Below, piece by piece: positions 23,971 to 34,903 of a stretch of 64,000 bases of DNA. The stretch's first letter is position 1. Every line of letters starts with the position of its first letter. The notes under the pieces were generated by a model that saw only the letters and a list, made by a program, of their open reading frames with translations, made no database searches and was not told the DNA's origin. The DNA lies in contig CAVSOU010000011.1 of the NCBI GenBank assembly GCA_963729625.1, positions 736,001 through 800,000 of the forward strand, given 5' to 3'. The translations under genes and the position numbers were made by a program. Source of the DNA: an uncultured bacterium. GTDB taxonomy: Bacteria; Chloroflexota; UBA5177; JANWHV01.

Positions 23971-24170
23971 CTATTTCTTGACGTACGCGTTCAGCATCCA
24001 GTCGTCTGCCTGCTGCGGACACGTGAATGGATTGGCGAACGTGGGGTTCCACAGGTTGCTGTACACCGGGACGAACAAGAACGAGGCGCACCTGCGCGGC
24101 CATGATCTTCTGAGCCTTCTCGTAGAGCGCCGATCGGGTCGCCGCATCGAAAGAGTGATCCGCCGCAGCT
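23971..24170 (-). pseudogene. C-terminal remnant of a family-5 ABC solute-binding protein
   Basis: Manual minus-strand translation AAADHSFDAATRSALYEKAQKIMAAQV / FLFVPVYSNLWNP...MLNAYVKK*, parallel to the C-terminus of the intact SBP; frameshifted. Confidence 0.6.
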
Positions 24171-24265
24171 ACGGTACGGCACGGGCTATCGCCCTCGCCC
24201 TTGCCGATCCCGCACGTCCCACTCAGGTATAAGCGCTGGAGATATGGAGAACCTCAGAACCGCTC

Positions 24266-24294
24266 TTGACAAGGTACGGAGGGGTGCGTACTGT
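24266..24294 (+). promoter_or_regulatory. Sigma70-type promoter of the Opp-like operon
   Basis: TTGACA-17bp-TACTGT, about 300 nt upstream of the SBP start. Confidence 0.65.
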
Positions 24295-24595
24295 AGTGAT
24301 ATTCTCGCGTGCACCGAGCCACCACCCCGGAGCGAGAGGCATGGATGCTTTCCCGCCCGAGCCCTTGCAACTCGTGGAGAGCTAGGGTGTCCATAGGCCG
24401 CGAAGCAGGGTCTGCAACGCTCCAGCGAACACGGTGTAGCAGGACTCGACGGGCGCGACCTGCAGTGCATAGCGCTCGGAAAGGAGGGTCATCGACGCAC
24501 GGTCCTTTCAGCACGCGACACGTCAGCAGATCAGCCACCATCCTCCAGGGTACGTCGTTTTTGGTTTTTTGCTTTGCCGAGTTAGGGGATAGCGG

Positions 24596-26440
24596 ATGAA
24601 TAATAGCAAGGGTGATTCAAATTCCTACCTGCCTGACCTGAGCCGGCGTGGGTTCTTGGCCGCCGGTGCTGCCGGTGCGACAAGCCTGTACCTCGCCAAG
24701 AGTGCGCGCGCCGAAAGCATGCTGCGTGGGGCGGGCGCCATGTCGGGAGCGGTAAAATCGACCACTGGCGCGATCCTGCCGGCAAACGCCGCGCCCAAGT
24801 CCCAGCAGTTCCTGGTCGACTACCGCAACCCCGTGGGGGCCACATTCAAGTGCCTCGACTTCTATGAGAGTGTCTACGCACGCGCTCCCCTGGCCGACAA
24901 CTTCTCGACCCCCCTGGTGCGCATCAACAACGCCTACCAGATCGTCCCGGGCGTCGCGCGCAGCTGGAAACAAACGTCGCCGACGACCTGGGAGTTCTAC
25001 ATCACGCCGGGGATCATGTGGACCGACGGCAACGAGCTCACCGCCACCGACTTCGTGGAGACGTTCCGCTACTCCGCCGATCCCAAGCACGCCTGGGACT
25101 TCACCTGGTACTGGACGGCCATTGGGCTCAAGAACTATGCCAGCGCGGTGGCGGGGAAGGCGCCCCTCAACTCGATCGGAGTGGCCCAGGGCAAGGACAA
25201 GTACACCTTCGTGGTCACCACGGAGGCGCCTGTGGCTTTCATACCGTACGCCATGCTCTACTCGATGCCGCTCTCGGCGGCGGGTCTGGCCAAGTACGGG
25301 AACGGGCTGTACAACGTCAATCCGGCGACTGCCATCTCCATGGGTCCCTACATCCTCAAGTCGTTCAACCCGACGACGGAGGTCGTTCTCGGGCCGAACA
25401 CGAAGTACAACGCCGGGTTCGGCTCGCCCATCGAGTGGCAGATTGGCAAGATCTCCACGTCACCCTACCTGCCGCTCCTGGCGACCGGCGCGGTCGACGA
25501 GAACTCGGACATAGCGATGTCCAAGGCCGACATCCAGATCGCCAGGGCCACCCCGAAGGTCAGCTCGCTCACGCCGTACCTGAACCCGATCGACTTCCGC
25601 GTCTACTATGTGTTCTTCAAGACGAAGGCCAAGCCGTTCGACAACCTGAAGGTGCGCCAGGCCTTTGCCCACGCCGCCGACCGGGACTCCATTATCAGCG
25701 CCCTGCTGGCGCCGCTGGCCAGACCCGCGTACGGCTACCTCATGCCGGGCTTCCCCTTCGCGGTCGGCGATCCGCTGAAGAAGTACACTAATTACAGCAC
25801 CACGCTGGCTCAGAGCCTCCTGTCCCAGGCCGGCTACCCGAACGGGAAGGGCTTCCCGGAGGTGACGTTCAGCTATCCGGCCGCCGTCGGCGCGATCGGC
25901 CCCACCACGACTGGCCTGGTCGTGCAGGCCCTGGCGGCGAACTGGAATCAGGTGCTCTTCGGCGGGTCCAGCACGATCCTGCTGCAGGAGCTTGATGTCG
26001 CCACGTTCTACAAGCAGATGGAGGCCCAGCCCGAAACGCAGATCGAGATGGGCTTCATCTCCTACGGCATGGACTACTTCGACGCCTCGAACATGCTGAG
26101 CGTCTACCAGTCCGGCGGGCGGCACGACTGGAACAACAAGCAGTACGACCACCTGCTCGCGGAGGGTGCGGCTGTCGCCGACCACAACAAGCGCCAGGAG
26201 ATATACACTGAGGCCCAGGTCCTCCAAACCTCGCAGGCCCCGGCGGTGTTCCTCTTCTTCGGCCTGGGCGGCTACCTCATGTGGCCGTACGTCCAGGGGC
26301 CGACGCTGGCGAAGAACTACCTCGGGTACAACGGCATCCAGTGGCCGGGCTTCTACCCGCACTCCACCAATCAGCAGGGGCTCTACATCGCGAACAACGT
26401 CGGCCAGTTCCCGCGCCAGAGCGAGAGCGGAATGTCGTAG
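24596..26440 (+). CDS. Opp/Dpp family-5 ABC solute-binding protein, Tat-exported
   Basis: SRRGFL twin-arginine motif; PGVARSW, WTDGNELTATDF, GPYIL, PFDNLKVRQAF, LLSQAGYPNGKGFP. Confidence 0.93.
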   Translation: MNNSKGDSNSYLPDLSRRGFLAAGAAGATSLYLAKSARAESMLRGAGAMSGAVKSTTGAILPANAAPKSQQFLVDYRNPVGATFKCLDFYESVYARAPLADNFSTPLVRINNAYQIVPGVARSWKQTSPTTWEFYITPGIMWTDGNELTATDFVETFRYSADPKHAWDFTWYWTAIGLKNYASAVAGKAPLNSIGVAQGKDKYTFVVTTEAPVAFIPYAMLYSMPLSAAGLAKYGNGLYNVNPATAISMGPYILKSFNPTTEVVLGPNTKYNAGFGSPIEWQIGKISTSPYLPLLATGAVDENSDIAMSKADIQIARATPKVSSLTPYLNPIDFRVYYVFFKTKAKPFDNLKVRQAFAHAADRDSIISALLAPLARPAYGYLMPGFPFAVGDPLKKYTNYSTTLAQSLLSQAGYPNGKGFPEVTFSYPAAVGAIGPTTTGLVVQALAANWNQVLFGGSSTILLQELDVATFYKQMEAQPETQIEMGFISYGMDYFDASNMLSVYQSGGRHDWNNKQYDHLLAEGAAVADHNKRQEIYTEAQVLQTSQAPAVFLFFGLGGYLMWPYVQGPTLAKNYLGYNGIQWPGFYPHSTNQQGLYIANNVGQFPRQSESGMS

Positions 26441-26605
26441 TAAGCTAACTGCATAGGATGTGATGGGCGCTGCCGGGAGTGTTCCCGGCAGCGCCCGTCG
26501 GCGCCACAGCGTGAGGTGCTCGGCGCCTGCCCTGTGCCGGGAGCGAGCCGACGGCGACGGCTAGCTTGAGGCGTACCTCGAACCCGACACGAAGGGAGCA
26601 AACCG

Positions 26606-27542
26606 GTGGTTGCCTATCTCGTCCAGCGGCTCCTGTCGCTGCTCTTTACGTTGTTCCTGGCCACGATCGCCATCTTCGCCATGATGCATGCCGTCCCCGG
26701 CGGCCCCTTCACCTTCACCCAGGGGGTCATGACGCCCCGAGGCCATGCACAACATCATGGTGCGGTACGGCCTGGCCGACCCAGTCTGGAAGCAGTACCT
26801 CAACTGGGTCTGGCAGCTCCTGCACGGCTATCTCGGCATCCCCTTCGAGGAGCCGACCATGACGGTGAACCAGCTCATCGCCTCGGCCTGGCCGATCACG
26901 CTGGTCGTGGGAGGCCTCACCATCGCCGTCTCCTATACCCTCGGGCTGCTGCTCGGCTGCATCGCCGCCATCAAGCACAACACCTGGATTGACTTCCTGA
27001 TCACTGCCGTCGTCTCGACCATCGGCGTGGCATTGCCGAACTACGTCATCGGTTTCCTGATGATCGAGGTCTTTGCCGTGCGGCTTGGCTGGCTGCCCGT
27101 CGGCGGGTGGGGCACGGCGCAGGACGTGATCATGCCCGTGATAGCCTTCTCGCTCTACCCAATGGCCCTCATGGAGCGCTACACCCGGGCCAGCACGCTC
27201 GAGGTCACCTACGCCGACTACGTGCGTATGGGCCGGGCGCGGGGGTTGTCGGAGCGGCACATCCTGTGGAAGTACATCCTGCGCACGTCGCTGATCCCCC
27301 TGATCACGATCATGGGACCCTGGATTCCCAACATCCTCACCGGCTCCATCTTCATCGAGGCGACCTTCGCCCTGCCCGGCCTCGGCGCCTACTTCACCAC
27401 CGCCAGCCTGCGCCGTGACTATCCCTTGATCATGGCGCTGGTGCTGATCGTGGCAGTGTTGTGGGGCGTCTGCTACATCCTCTCGGACATCGCCTACGTC
27501 ATCGTCGACCCGCGGGTGCGCCTCGAGGGGATGTCGCGATGA
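26606..27542 (+). CDS. oppB: Opp/Dpp permease B, with one extra C at 26735-26738
   Basis: YLVQRLL...VPGGP then YGLADPVWKQYLNW...YVRMGRARGL...DPRVR; removing one C from the CCCC run joins the frames. Confidence 0.88.
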
Positions 27543-28426
27543 GCAGCGTACCGGTTGCCGGCGTGGCGCCGGCCAGGCGCCGGGCGAACGCCAGCTTCTG
27601 GCACGCCGCCTGGTATCGCTACCGCCGCAACCGTTTGGCCCTGGTCGCCGGTGTGATCGCCGTCCTTATCCTCCTGGTGGGGATCCTGGCCCCCTATATC
27701 GCCCCCTATGACGAGGCCTCAATCGACTTGACGGCTGTGATGGGGGGTGCCAGCTGGCATCACTGGCTCGGCACGGATCAGATCGGCCGGGACACGCTGA
27801 CCAGGGCCATCTGGGGTGACCGGACGTCGATGACCGTGGCCATCGGGGCACCATTGATCGGCCTCGCCATCGGGCTGCCTATCGGCATTATCGCCGGCTG
27901 GTTTGGCGGCATATTCGACTGGCTGACACTACGGCTCTTCGAGTTGTTCCAGATGGTCCCGACGATCCTCGCCGCGTTGCTGTTCATCACCGTGTTCGGG
28001 GTCGATGTGGGGAAGCTGGCCCTCTTCATCGGCGTTACCCTCTGGGTCGGCTTCGCCCGCCTGGCACGGGCGCAGTATCTGGCCCTTCGGGAGCGGGACT
28101 TCGTGCAGGCGGCGCAAGCCATGGGGGTGCCTTCCTGGCGCATCATCATCATGCACATCCTGCCCAATGCGTCAGGGCCGATCATCGTATTCTTCGTCCA
28201 GCAGATCCCCTACGTGATCTTCACTGCTGCCGGGTTCAGTTTTCTGGGCCTCGGCATCGAGGACCCACTGGCCGACTGGGGCAAGATGATCAACGACAGC
28301 GTGTCCTACCTCCCGATTGACGCGCTCCTCGTGCTTGTCCCCATCGGTTGCATCGGACTCGCCTGCCTCTCTTTCAGCTTCCTGGGCGACGGCCTGCGCG
28401 ACGCGCTGGACCCGACGTCGCGGTAA
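27539..28426 (+). CDS. oppC: Opp/Dpp permease C
   Basis: HWLGTDQIGRD, RDFVQAAQAMG, HILPN, LGDGLRDALDP. Confidence 0.93.
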   Translation: MSSVPVAGVAPARRRANASFWHAAWYRYRRNRLALVAGVIAVLILLVGILAPYIAPYDEASIDLTAVMGGASWHHWLGTDQIGRDTLTRAIWGDRTSMTVAIGAPLIGLAIGLPIGIIAGWFGGIFDWLTLRLFELFQMVPTILAALLFITVFGVDVGKLALFIGVTLWVGFARLARAQYLALRERDFVQAAQAMGVPSWRIIIMHILPNASGPIIVFFVQQIPYVIFTAAGFSFLGLGIEDPLADWGKMINDSVSYLPIDALLVLVPIGCIGLACLSFSFLGDGLRDALDPTSR

Positions 28427-28449
28427 TTGCAGTAACCTCCGAGGAGCTC

Positions 28450-29502
28450 ATGACCGTGACAAAGGCACTGGCGCCCCTCCCCAGCCAAGCGCAGGTCCCC
28501 GGCGGGACACCTGAGACCGCCTTGCTGGAGGTCCGGGACCTCAGCGTCTCGTTCCGTCTGGAGCGCAGCACGATCTACGCCGTGCAAGGGTTGAGCCTCG
28601 ACGTGCGGGCCGGAGAGCGTGTTGGGCTTGTCGGTGAAAGCGGGTCGGGGAAGACCGTCTCCGCACTGTCAGTGATGCGGATGGTGCCGTCGCCGGGGAA
28701 GATCTCCGGCGGCCAGATCATCTTCGAGGGCCAGAACCTGCTCCGGCTCTCGCCGGCGGCTATGCGGGACGTCCGCGGGGGCCAGATCGGCATGATCCCG
28801 CAGAACCCCCTTAGCTCGCTCAACCCGGTCATCACAATCGAGTCACACTTCCTGGAGGTGCTGTCGCTGCACCTCGGGCTGGGCAAGAAACAAGCCAGCG
28901 AGCGGGCCGTCGACGTGCTGCGGTCGGTGGGTATCCCGGACCCAGCGACGCGCATCCATGAGTACCCGCACCGCCTGAGCGGCGGCCAACGCCAGCGGGT
29001 GATGATCGCCCTGGCCATGGCTTGCCAACCCAGGCTGCTGATCGCCGACGAGCCGACGACCGCCCTCGACGTCACGATTCAGGCCCAGATCCTGGAGCTA
29101 CTTGATGACCTTGTAGATCGCTCGAACCTCGGGGCCATCCTGATCACCCACAATCTCGGCATCGTCGCCGGCCACTGTGACCGGGTCGTGGTGATGTACG
29201 CCGGACGCGTGATGGAGACCGCCGGCGTGTTCGACCTTTTCGACCGGCCGTCCCATCCCTACACCGTCGGCCTGCTCAAGTGTGTGCCACGGCTGACTGC
29301 CAAGCGGTCGCGGGTATTCGAGTCCATCCCCGGCCTTCCCCCTGAGGTGACTCAGCTCCGCGCTGGATGCCCCTTCGCCCCCCGCTGTGAGCGCGCCACC
29401 GACCAGTGCCGCATAGAGACGCCGCCGCTTCACGAGATCGCTCCTGCTCACGCGGTGGCGTGCTGGGACCCGGTCAAGAGCGCTCCGGGGATGACCTCGT
29501 GA
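28450..29502 (+). CDS. oppD: Opp/Dpp ATP-binding protein D
   Basis: GESGSGKT, YPHRLSGGQRQR, ADEPTTALD, HPYT, GCPFAPRC. Confidence 0.93.
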   Translation: MTVTKALAPLPSQAQVPGGTPETALLEVRDLSVSFRLERSTIYAVQGLSLDVRAGERVGLVGESGSGKTVSALSVMRMVPSPGKISGGQIIFEGQNLLRLSPAAMRDVRGGQIGMIPQNPLSSLNPVITIESHFLEVLSLHLGLGKKQASERAVDVLRSVGIPDPATRIHEYPHRLSGGQRQRVMIALAMACQPRLLIADEPTTALDVTIQAQILELLDDLVDRSNLGAILITHNLGIVAGHCDRVVVMYAGRVMETAGVFDLFDRPSHPYTVGLLKCVPRLTAKRSRVFESIPGLPPEVTQLRAGCPFAPRCERATDQCRIETPPLHEIAPAHAVACWDPVKSAPGMTS

Positions 29503-30584
29503 GAACCGACACCATCCGAACGACCGAGGCCCCGACGGAGGCGGCTGGGGCTCCGCTGCTCCAGGTAGAGGGGCTCGTGGTGCACTACCACATTCGCGGC
29601 CCAGGCAAGATCTTCCGCAGCCGCGAAACAGTCCACGCTGTCGACGGCGTCAGCTTCGTGCTCGAAAATCACAAGACCCTCGGCCTCGTCGGAGAAAGCG
29701 GGTGCGGCAAGTCGACCACCGGGCGGGCGGTGCTCCATCTCAACCGGCCGACTGCTGGTAAGGTCCGTTTTGAGGGACGTGACCTGTCGCGGCTCGACCA
29801 CCGCTCGCTGACCGACCTGCGGCGGAAGATGCAGATCGTCTTCCAGGACCCGGTCGGCGCGCTGAACCCGCGGCATACCGTGGGCCAGCTCATCGGCGAG
29901 CCGCTCACAGTCCACAACATCATGCCGCGCAACAAGCGCCGCCGGCGGGTGGAGGAGCTGCTTGAGTTGGTGGGTCTCCCGACTGATGCCGTTTCGCGTT
30001 TTCCCCACGAGTTCAGCGGCGGGCAGTGCCAACGGATCGGGATCGCCCGGGCGCTGGCCGGAGAGCCGAGCCTGATCGTGCTGGACGAGCCGGTCTCCGC
30101 TCTTGACGTGTCGATCCAGGCCCAGATCCTCCAGCTGTTGACCGACCTTCAGACCCGCTTTGGCCTCTCCTACCTGTTCATTGCCCACGACCTCGCCGTC
30201 GTAGGCGCGATGAGCGACCGCGTGGCCATCATGTACCTGGGCAAGATCGCCGAAATCGCCGATCGCGACGCGCTCTACACCCGCCCCCACCACCCGTACA
30301 CTCAGGCTCTTTTCTCGGCTGTCCCCATCCCTGACCCGGCACTCAGCCGCGGCAAGCGTCGGACGGTGGTCTCTGGGGAAGTACCGAGCTCACTGGCGCC
30401 GCCTCCGGGGTGCCGGTTCCACACTCGCTGCCCGCTCGCCCAAGAAGTCTGCCGCACACAAGAGCCGCTCCTCCGGCGAGTCGCTGAGGGCCACGAAGTG
30501 GCTTGCCACTTCGCCGAAGAGGCGGCCCGCAACAACCCGTTCGGGCCTTCCGTGGAGGTGGGTCCCATCGTCGCGCAACCTTAG
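29499..30584 (+). CDS. oppF: Opp/Dpp ATP-binding protein F
   Basis: AVDGVS, GESGCGKST, FPHEFSGGQ, GCRFHTRC, VACH. Confidence 0.93.
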   Translation: MRTDTIRTTEAPTEAAGAPLLQVEGLVVHYHIRGPGKIFRSRETVHAVDGVSFVLENHKTLGLVGESGCGKSTTGRAVLHLNRPTAGKVRFEGRDLSRLDHRSLTDLRRKMQIVFQDPVGALNPRHTVGQLIGEPLTVHNIMPRNKRRRRVEELLELVGLPTDAVSRFPHEFSGGQCQRIGIARALAGEPSLIVLDEPVSALDVSIQAQILQLLTDLQTRFGLSYLFIAHDLAVVGAMSDRVAIMYLGKIAEIADRDALYTRPHHPYTQALFSAVPIPDPALSRGKRRTVVSGEVPSSLAPPPGCRFHTRCPLAQEVCRTQEPLLRRVAEGHEVACHFAEEAARNNPFGPSVEVGPIVAQP

Positions 30585-30594
30585 CGCACACGGC

Positions 30595-31758
30595 TCAGTA
30601 CTGGTAGACGCCAGCCTCCTTGACCGCCCGATACATCGCGGCCAAGTTTTCGGGTGGGGTCATGGGCGGGAGATTGTTCGCTTCTTTCAAGATGAACCTA
30701 CCGCCGCGCATGATGCCGCTTTGCAAAATGGCGACGCTCTGCGCGTAGACCTGGTCCGGTGTATCGGAGAGCAGGTTGGCCACCTGCACGCCACCCTGGA
30801 TCTCCACATCTTCGCCCACTTCGTCGCGCAGCGTCGCGAAGTTGATCGGATAGCCGGTGTCAAACGACTTGATATTCAGCTCCCTGACCAAAGTGCGGAA
30901 ATGCCGCTGCACGTGGCCGCAAAGGTGGATGCTGTGCGGCCCACCCTGAGCCAGGGCGGTGAAGAACCTGCGATGGTAAGGGAGCACCTTCTCTCGATAG
31001 GTGCCCACGGAAATGTGCTGGATGGCATCGTCGGCAAACGCGAGCAACTGTGGCCGAGGGTCCAGACCCAGATAGGCGCGCCAGGCTTTGATCCGCTCAA
31101 TCGTGGCAGTGGTGACCAAATCCATCACCCGGTGATAGTAGTCTTCATTCACCAGCATATCGGCTAGTAGCTCAGGACCACAGATGCCGACGGCTGCCGT
31201 CAGCGGTCCTTGCGGGCAGACGGGATTGGCTGGATAGACCGCGACAGGCCGGCCGCAGAACTCGTAGTTGCGCGCCTTGTCCACGAAGTACTCATGAAAC
31301 TCGCGGTGCTTGCCCATGAAACCCTCGAACGGCCCGGGGATGCTGCGGTCGAAGAGTGCCTCCTTGTGTTTGCCAGTATAGCGGGGCGTGGTAGAGGGGA
31401 GCTGGTCGTCCGGGAACTGCACAGGGCAGCCAAACCAGGCCTCTTCCGCCACGTTGCTGAACCATACGTAGATCCCCCACTCCTTTTCGGGGATACCCAT
31501 CTCGATGTCGTGGACCACGTTGTGCACGACGTAGTGGGACCAGGCCAGCATCGAGTTGAACATCAGCTCGGGATCGTCGAAAAATGCCCTCCATGTGATA
31601 CCGGTCGAATTCAGGCGAGGATCCTGCATCCAGATGCGTGGCTCCAGCGTGAAGCGTCCAAACGGGACACGGATTGGCCGGCCGGCATTATAGGTCTCCC
31701 AGACCAGCCGGACCTCCGCGTTATGACGCGCGAAATCGATGGGGCATGCACTGTTCAT
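30595..31758 (-). CDS. Uroporphyrinogen decarboxylase / MtaA-fold family protein 1
   Basis: ADDAIQHIS..YREKVLPYHRR, IHLCG, IQGGV, TPPENLAAM; GGAGG RBS. Confidence 0.82.
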   Translation of the reverse strand: MNSACPIDFARHNAEVRLVWETYNAGRPIRVPFGRFTLEPRIWMQDPRLNSTGITWRAFFDDPELMFNSMLAWSHYVVHNVVHDIEMGIPEKEWGIYVWFSNVAEEAWFGCPVQFPDDQLPSTTPRYTGKHKEALFDRSIPGPFEGFMGKHREFHEYFVDKARNYEFCGRPVAVYPANPVCPQGPLTAAVGICGPELLADMLVNEDYYHRVMDLVTTATIERIKAWRAYLGLDPRPQLLAFADDAIQHISVGTYREKVLPYHRRFFTALAQGGPHSIHLCGHVQRHFRTLVRELNIKSFDTGYPINFATLRDEVGEDVEIQGGVQVANLLSDTPDQVYAQSVAILQSGIMRGGRFILKEANNLPPMTPPENLAAMYRAVKEAGVYQY

Positions 31759-32418
31759 GAAATTGACCTCCACGATCGAGGGCAGAGGCGACTCTCTCCC
31801 GCTGTTTCATGCTTCTTTCACATCCTGCACATGCCTAGCGCCCTGATGTCCGCCCCTTGCTCGCTAGGAGCGAGCACGGCGCGAACCTAGCCAAGGGAGC
31901 GGCGCCGGCGCGGCGGATGCGGCGTCCGCGCTCGATCCGTGGGCAGCGCCGTCGCCATCGCCTGCCGCCACCCGTGGTTGTTTGCCCAGCACAGCTGCGC
32001 GCCTTACTTCACTTGACGCCTGACGTGCGCGGTTCGCGAAGTCCTTGGCCCTGCCGCGAATCCCGGTGCATTGCAGAAATCCACCACATCGCTTGGCAGC
32101 GTCCGTGCATGTCCGCGGTGCCGCGCCCACACGACATGGGCACCGATCTCAGGAGAGGTTGAGGGCACTGGGATTCCACCTAGGACGCCTTGGTAAAGAG
32201 GATATCCGATACACCCTGGCGTGAGGGGAGCGGGATCGCATGATCCGATGGGTATGCGCGAAGCCGGCCGGGGTGCATGGAGGGTGGCGACGGTTGCCGG
32301 CATACGACGCCTTCGCAACGCACGCCCGATCGCATTACACTTGGTCATGACGGACCTTGAGATGAAGTCGTGACGCGACTGCGTATGGCCGGCAGGTTTT
32401 CGGAAGGAGAATGGACCG

Positions 32419-34845
32419 ATGAGCCAACCACGCCTGCATATGGTTGGGAACGCCCATTTGGACCCCGTCTGGCTCTGGCGATGGTCCGAGGGTTGTGCCG
32501 AGGCCATCGGCACCTGCTGGGCGGCCGTCGAGTTGCTGGCAGACTACCCGGGCGTGATCTTTACACGTGGAGAAGCCGTCATATACCGGTGGATCGAGGA
32601 TCTGGATCCCGAGCTCTTTAGCCGGATTCGCGAGCTGGTGCAGGCCGGACGCTGGGCTGTCGTAGGCGGCTGGTGGCTGCAACCCGACTGTAACTTACCT
32701 GGTGGCGAGTCGTTCATTCGACAAGCGCTCTATGGCAAGCGCTACATCGCCGACAGGCTTGGGATCGACGTGACGATTGGCTACAACGTGGACAGCTTCG
32801 GTCACGCGGCCACCCTGCCGATGCTTCTGCGTCACACGGGGTTGTCCCACTACGTGTTCATGCGGCCCAAGGAGCACGAACACCCGTTGCCCGCGTCGCT
32901 CTTCGACTGGGTAGCGCCCGATGGCTCGGCGGTCACCGCCTTTCGCATACCGGTTAGCTACCACACCGCTGCCGGCACGGCGCCTTCGACACAACGCAAG
33001 ATTGAGCTGATGGAAGAGTGGGCGGAACGCGAGCGACTGCCGTTGATGTGCTTCTACGGGATCGGCAACCACGGCGGCGGCCCCACGCGCCTGGATGTGG
33101 CAGTGATCGCCGAGATGCAGGCCGCAGGGCACAACCTCCTATTCAGCGATCCGCACTGCTATTTCGACGAGGTGGATGCCATGCCGCGCCCTGCCGTGCA
33201 GGAGGAGCTGCAGATACACGCGATAGGCTGCTATTCTGCGGTTTCATCGCTCAAGCGGCTGAATCGACACGCTGAGGCTGCTCTCGGCCGAGCCGAGGCG
33301 TCGTGTACGCTTGCGCGGCTTCACGCTAGTACGCCATATCCTCATGAACAGATTCGCCGGCTATGGGAGACCTTGCTGTTTAACCAATTTCACGACATCC
33401 TGTGCGGCACGAGCGTGCCAAGCGCAACGCTCGACTCAGAGCAACAGCTCGGAGGAGTCATCCAGGATGCCGAGCAACTGACCACGTACGCGCTGAGACA
33501 CCTGGCGGCGACCGTTGCGCCCGCGCCTTATCCGGCAGACTCAACGTTTCTGGTCTTCAACCTGGCCGGCGCGGCTCAGGACATGCCTATCGAATATGAG
33601 CCGTGGACCAGCTGGAAGGAGACTGAAACGTACCGACTGCTCGACGACACGGACGCGGAAGTCGTGTACCAAGATGTGCAGCCTGAGAATTACGCGCATC
33701 CGGGTCTGCACCGCATCCTCTTCGCGCCACGAGTGCCGGCATTCAGTTATCGGCTGTTTCGCTTCGCGGAAGGGGCCACGGAACGCAGGCTTCCGGCGAG
33801 CCTTCGCGTGACGCCAAACTGCCTAGAAAACTCACGCTGGCGCGTAGAGATCGATCCGGCCACAGGTGGCATCGCCTCCATGTACGACAAGCAGGTGGGG
33901 CGAGCGCTGTTTTCCTCTGTCGCGCACCTACCAGTCGTGGTCGACGACCATTCGGACACCTGGGGTCACGATATCGACCATTTTGCCCTAACCGGCGAGG
34001 CTTTTCAGTGCGAACAAGTGGGCACACTGGAAGAGGGCGCGCTGCGCGGCGCCATTCGGGCGCGCAGCCAATGCGCCGCGTCTACCATCACGAGCATATA
34101 TCTCCTGTACGACGACCCCGAGCTCCCCCTGGAGATTCGCGTCACCGTCGACTGGCATCAGCGACACCAGCTGCTGAGGCTGTGCTATCCGTTTGCGCTC
34201 GGCTCGCCTGTGTTCCGCTACGAGGTTCCGTACGGCTCGGTATGCCGCTCAGACGACGGACGCGAATATCCCGGCCAGCGCTGGGTACTCGTGTCCGGCG
34301 ACGGCGAGTACGGCGCGGCGCTTGCCAACGACGCCAAGTACTCCTACGCAGCGGCAAACGGCACTCTCTACGTTACGGCCCTGCGCTCGCCCATCTTCAC
34401 GCACCACGTTCCCTATGCACTCGATCCGGCCGGCGACTACCCATACGTGGATCAAGGCGAGCAGAGCTTCACGCTGAGGCTCCTGGCCGGCAAGCAGATC
34501 GGGGCCTCTGCCGCACACCGGCTGGCCGACGAGCTGCTGAGCTCGCCCGTGGCCACGCCGCACGTTGCGCGCATGGGCATCGGGCCTTTCCGGGCGAGTC
34601 TGCTCGAGATGGGCTCCGGCTCGTCCACGGTCACCTGGCTCAAAATAGCGGAAGACGGATCGGGCGCCATCCTGCGCATTGTCGAGCACGAAGGTTGCGC
34701 GGACACGGTGGTACTGCAGCCGTCCGGCGACCGCTTCACCGTACAGCCCCATGGCGTGCTCACGCTCTGGCGCGACGGCAAAGGGCATTGGCAACAACGT
34801 GATGGCATGGAGGCACAACTCGTAGCGCCGGCGTCAAATCCGTAA
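32419..34845 (+). CDS. Alpha-mannosidase, GH38
   Basis: GNAHLDPVWLW, PDCNLPGGESFIRQ, VDSFGH, YGIGNHGGGPT, NQFHDILCGT. Confidence 0.95.
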   Translation: MSQPRLHMVGNAHLDPVWLWRWSEGCAEAIGTCWAAVELLADYPGVIFTRGEAVIYRWIEDLDPELFSRIRELVQAGRWAVVGGWWLQPDCNLPGGESFIRQALYGKRYIADRLGIDVTIGYNVDSFGHAATLPMLLRHTGLSHYVFMRPKEHEHPLPASLFDWVAPDGSAVTAFRIPVSYHTAAGTAPSTQRKIELMEEWAERERLPLMCFYGIGNHGGGPTRLDVAVIAEMQAAGHNLLFSDPHCYFDEVDAMPRPAVQEELQIHAIGCYSAVSSLKRLNRHAEAALGRAEASCTLARLHASTPYPHEQIRRLWETLLFNQFHDILCGTSVPSATLDSEQQLGGVIQDAEQLTTYALRHLAATVAPAPYPADSTFLVFNLAGAAQDMPIEYEPWTSWKETETYRLLDDTDAEVVYQDVQPENYAHPGLHRILFAPRVPAFSYRLFRFAEGATERRLPASLRVTPNCLENSRWRVEIDPATGGIASMYDKQVGRALFSSVAHLPVVVDDHSDTWGHDIDHFALTGEAFQCEQVGTLEEGALRGAIRARSQCAASTITSIYLLYDDPELPLEIRVTVDWHQRHQLLRLCYPFALGSPVFRYEVPYGSVCRSDDGREYPGQRWVLVSGDGEYGAALANDAKYSYAAANGTLYVTALRSPIFTHHVPYALDPAGDYPYVDQGEQSFTLRLLAGKQIGASAAHRLADELLSSPVATPHVARMGIGPFRASLLEMGSGSSTVTWLKIAEDGSGAILRIVEHEGCADTVVLQPSGDRFTVQPHGVLTLWRDGKGHWQQRDGMEAQLVAPASNP

Positions 34846-34903
34846 GAACTCTATTCATCGCTCATGCCAGTAGCAGGGGTTCCATTCGCCGCTGCGCCCG
34901 GGC

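Noticed and set aside
32060-32230. Possible sulfatase remnant (P..HG...ERLRALGFHLGRLGK)
   Set aside because: Only vague similarity and no CxPxR motif; not supportable without a search.
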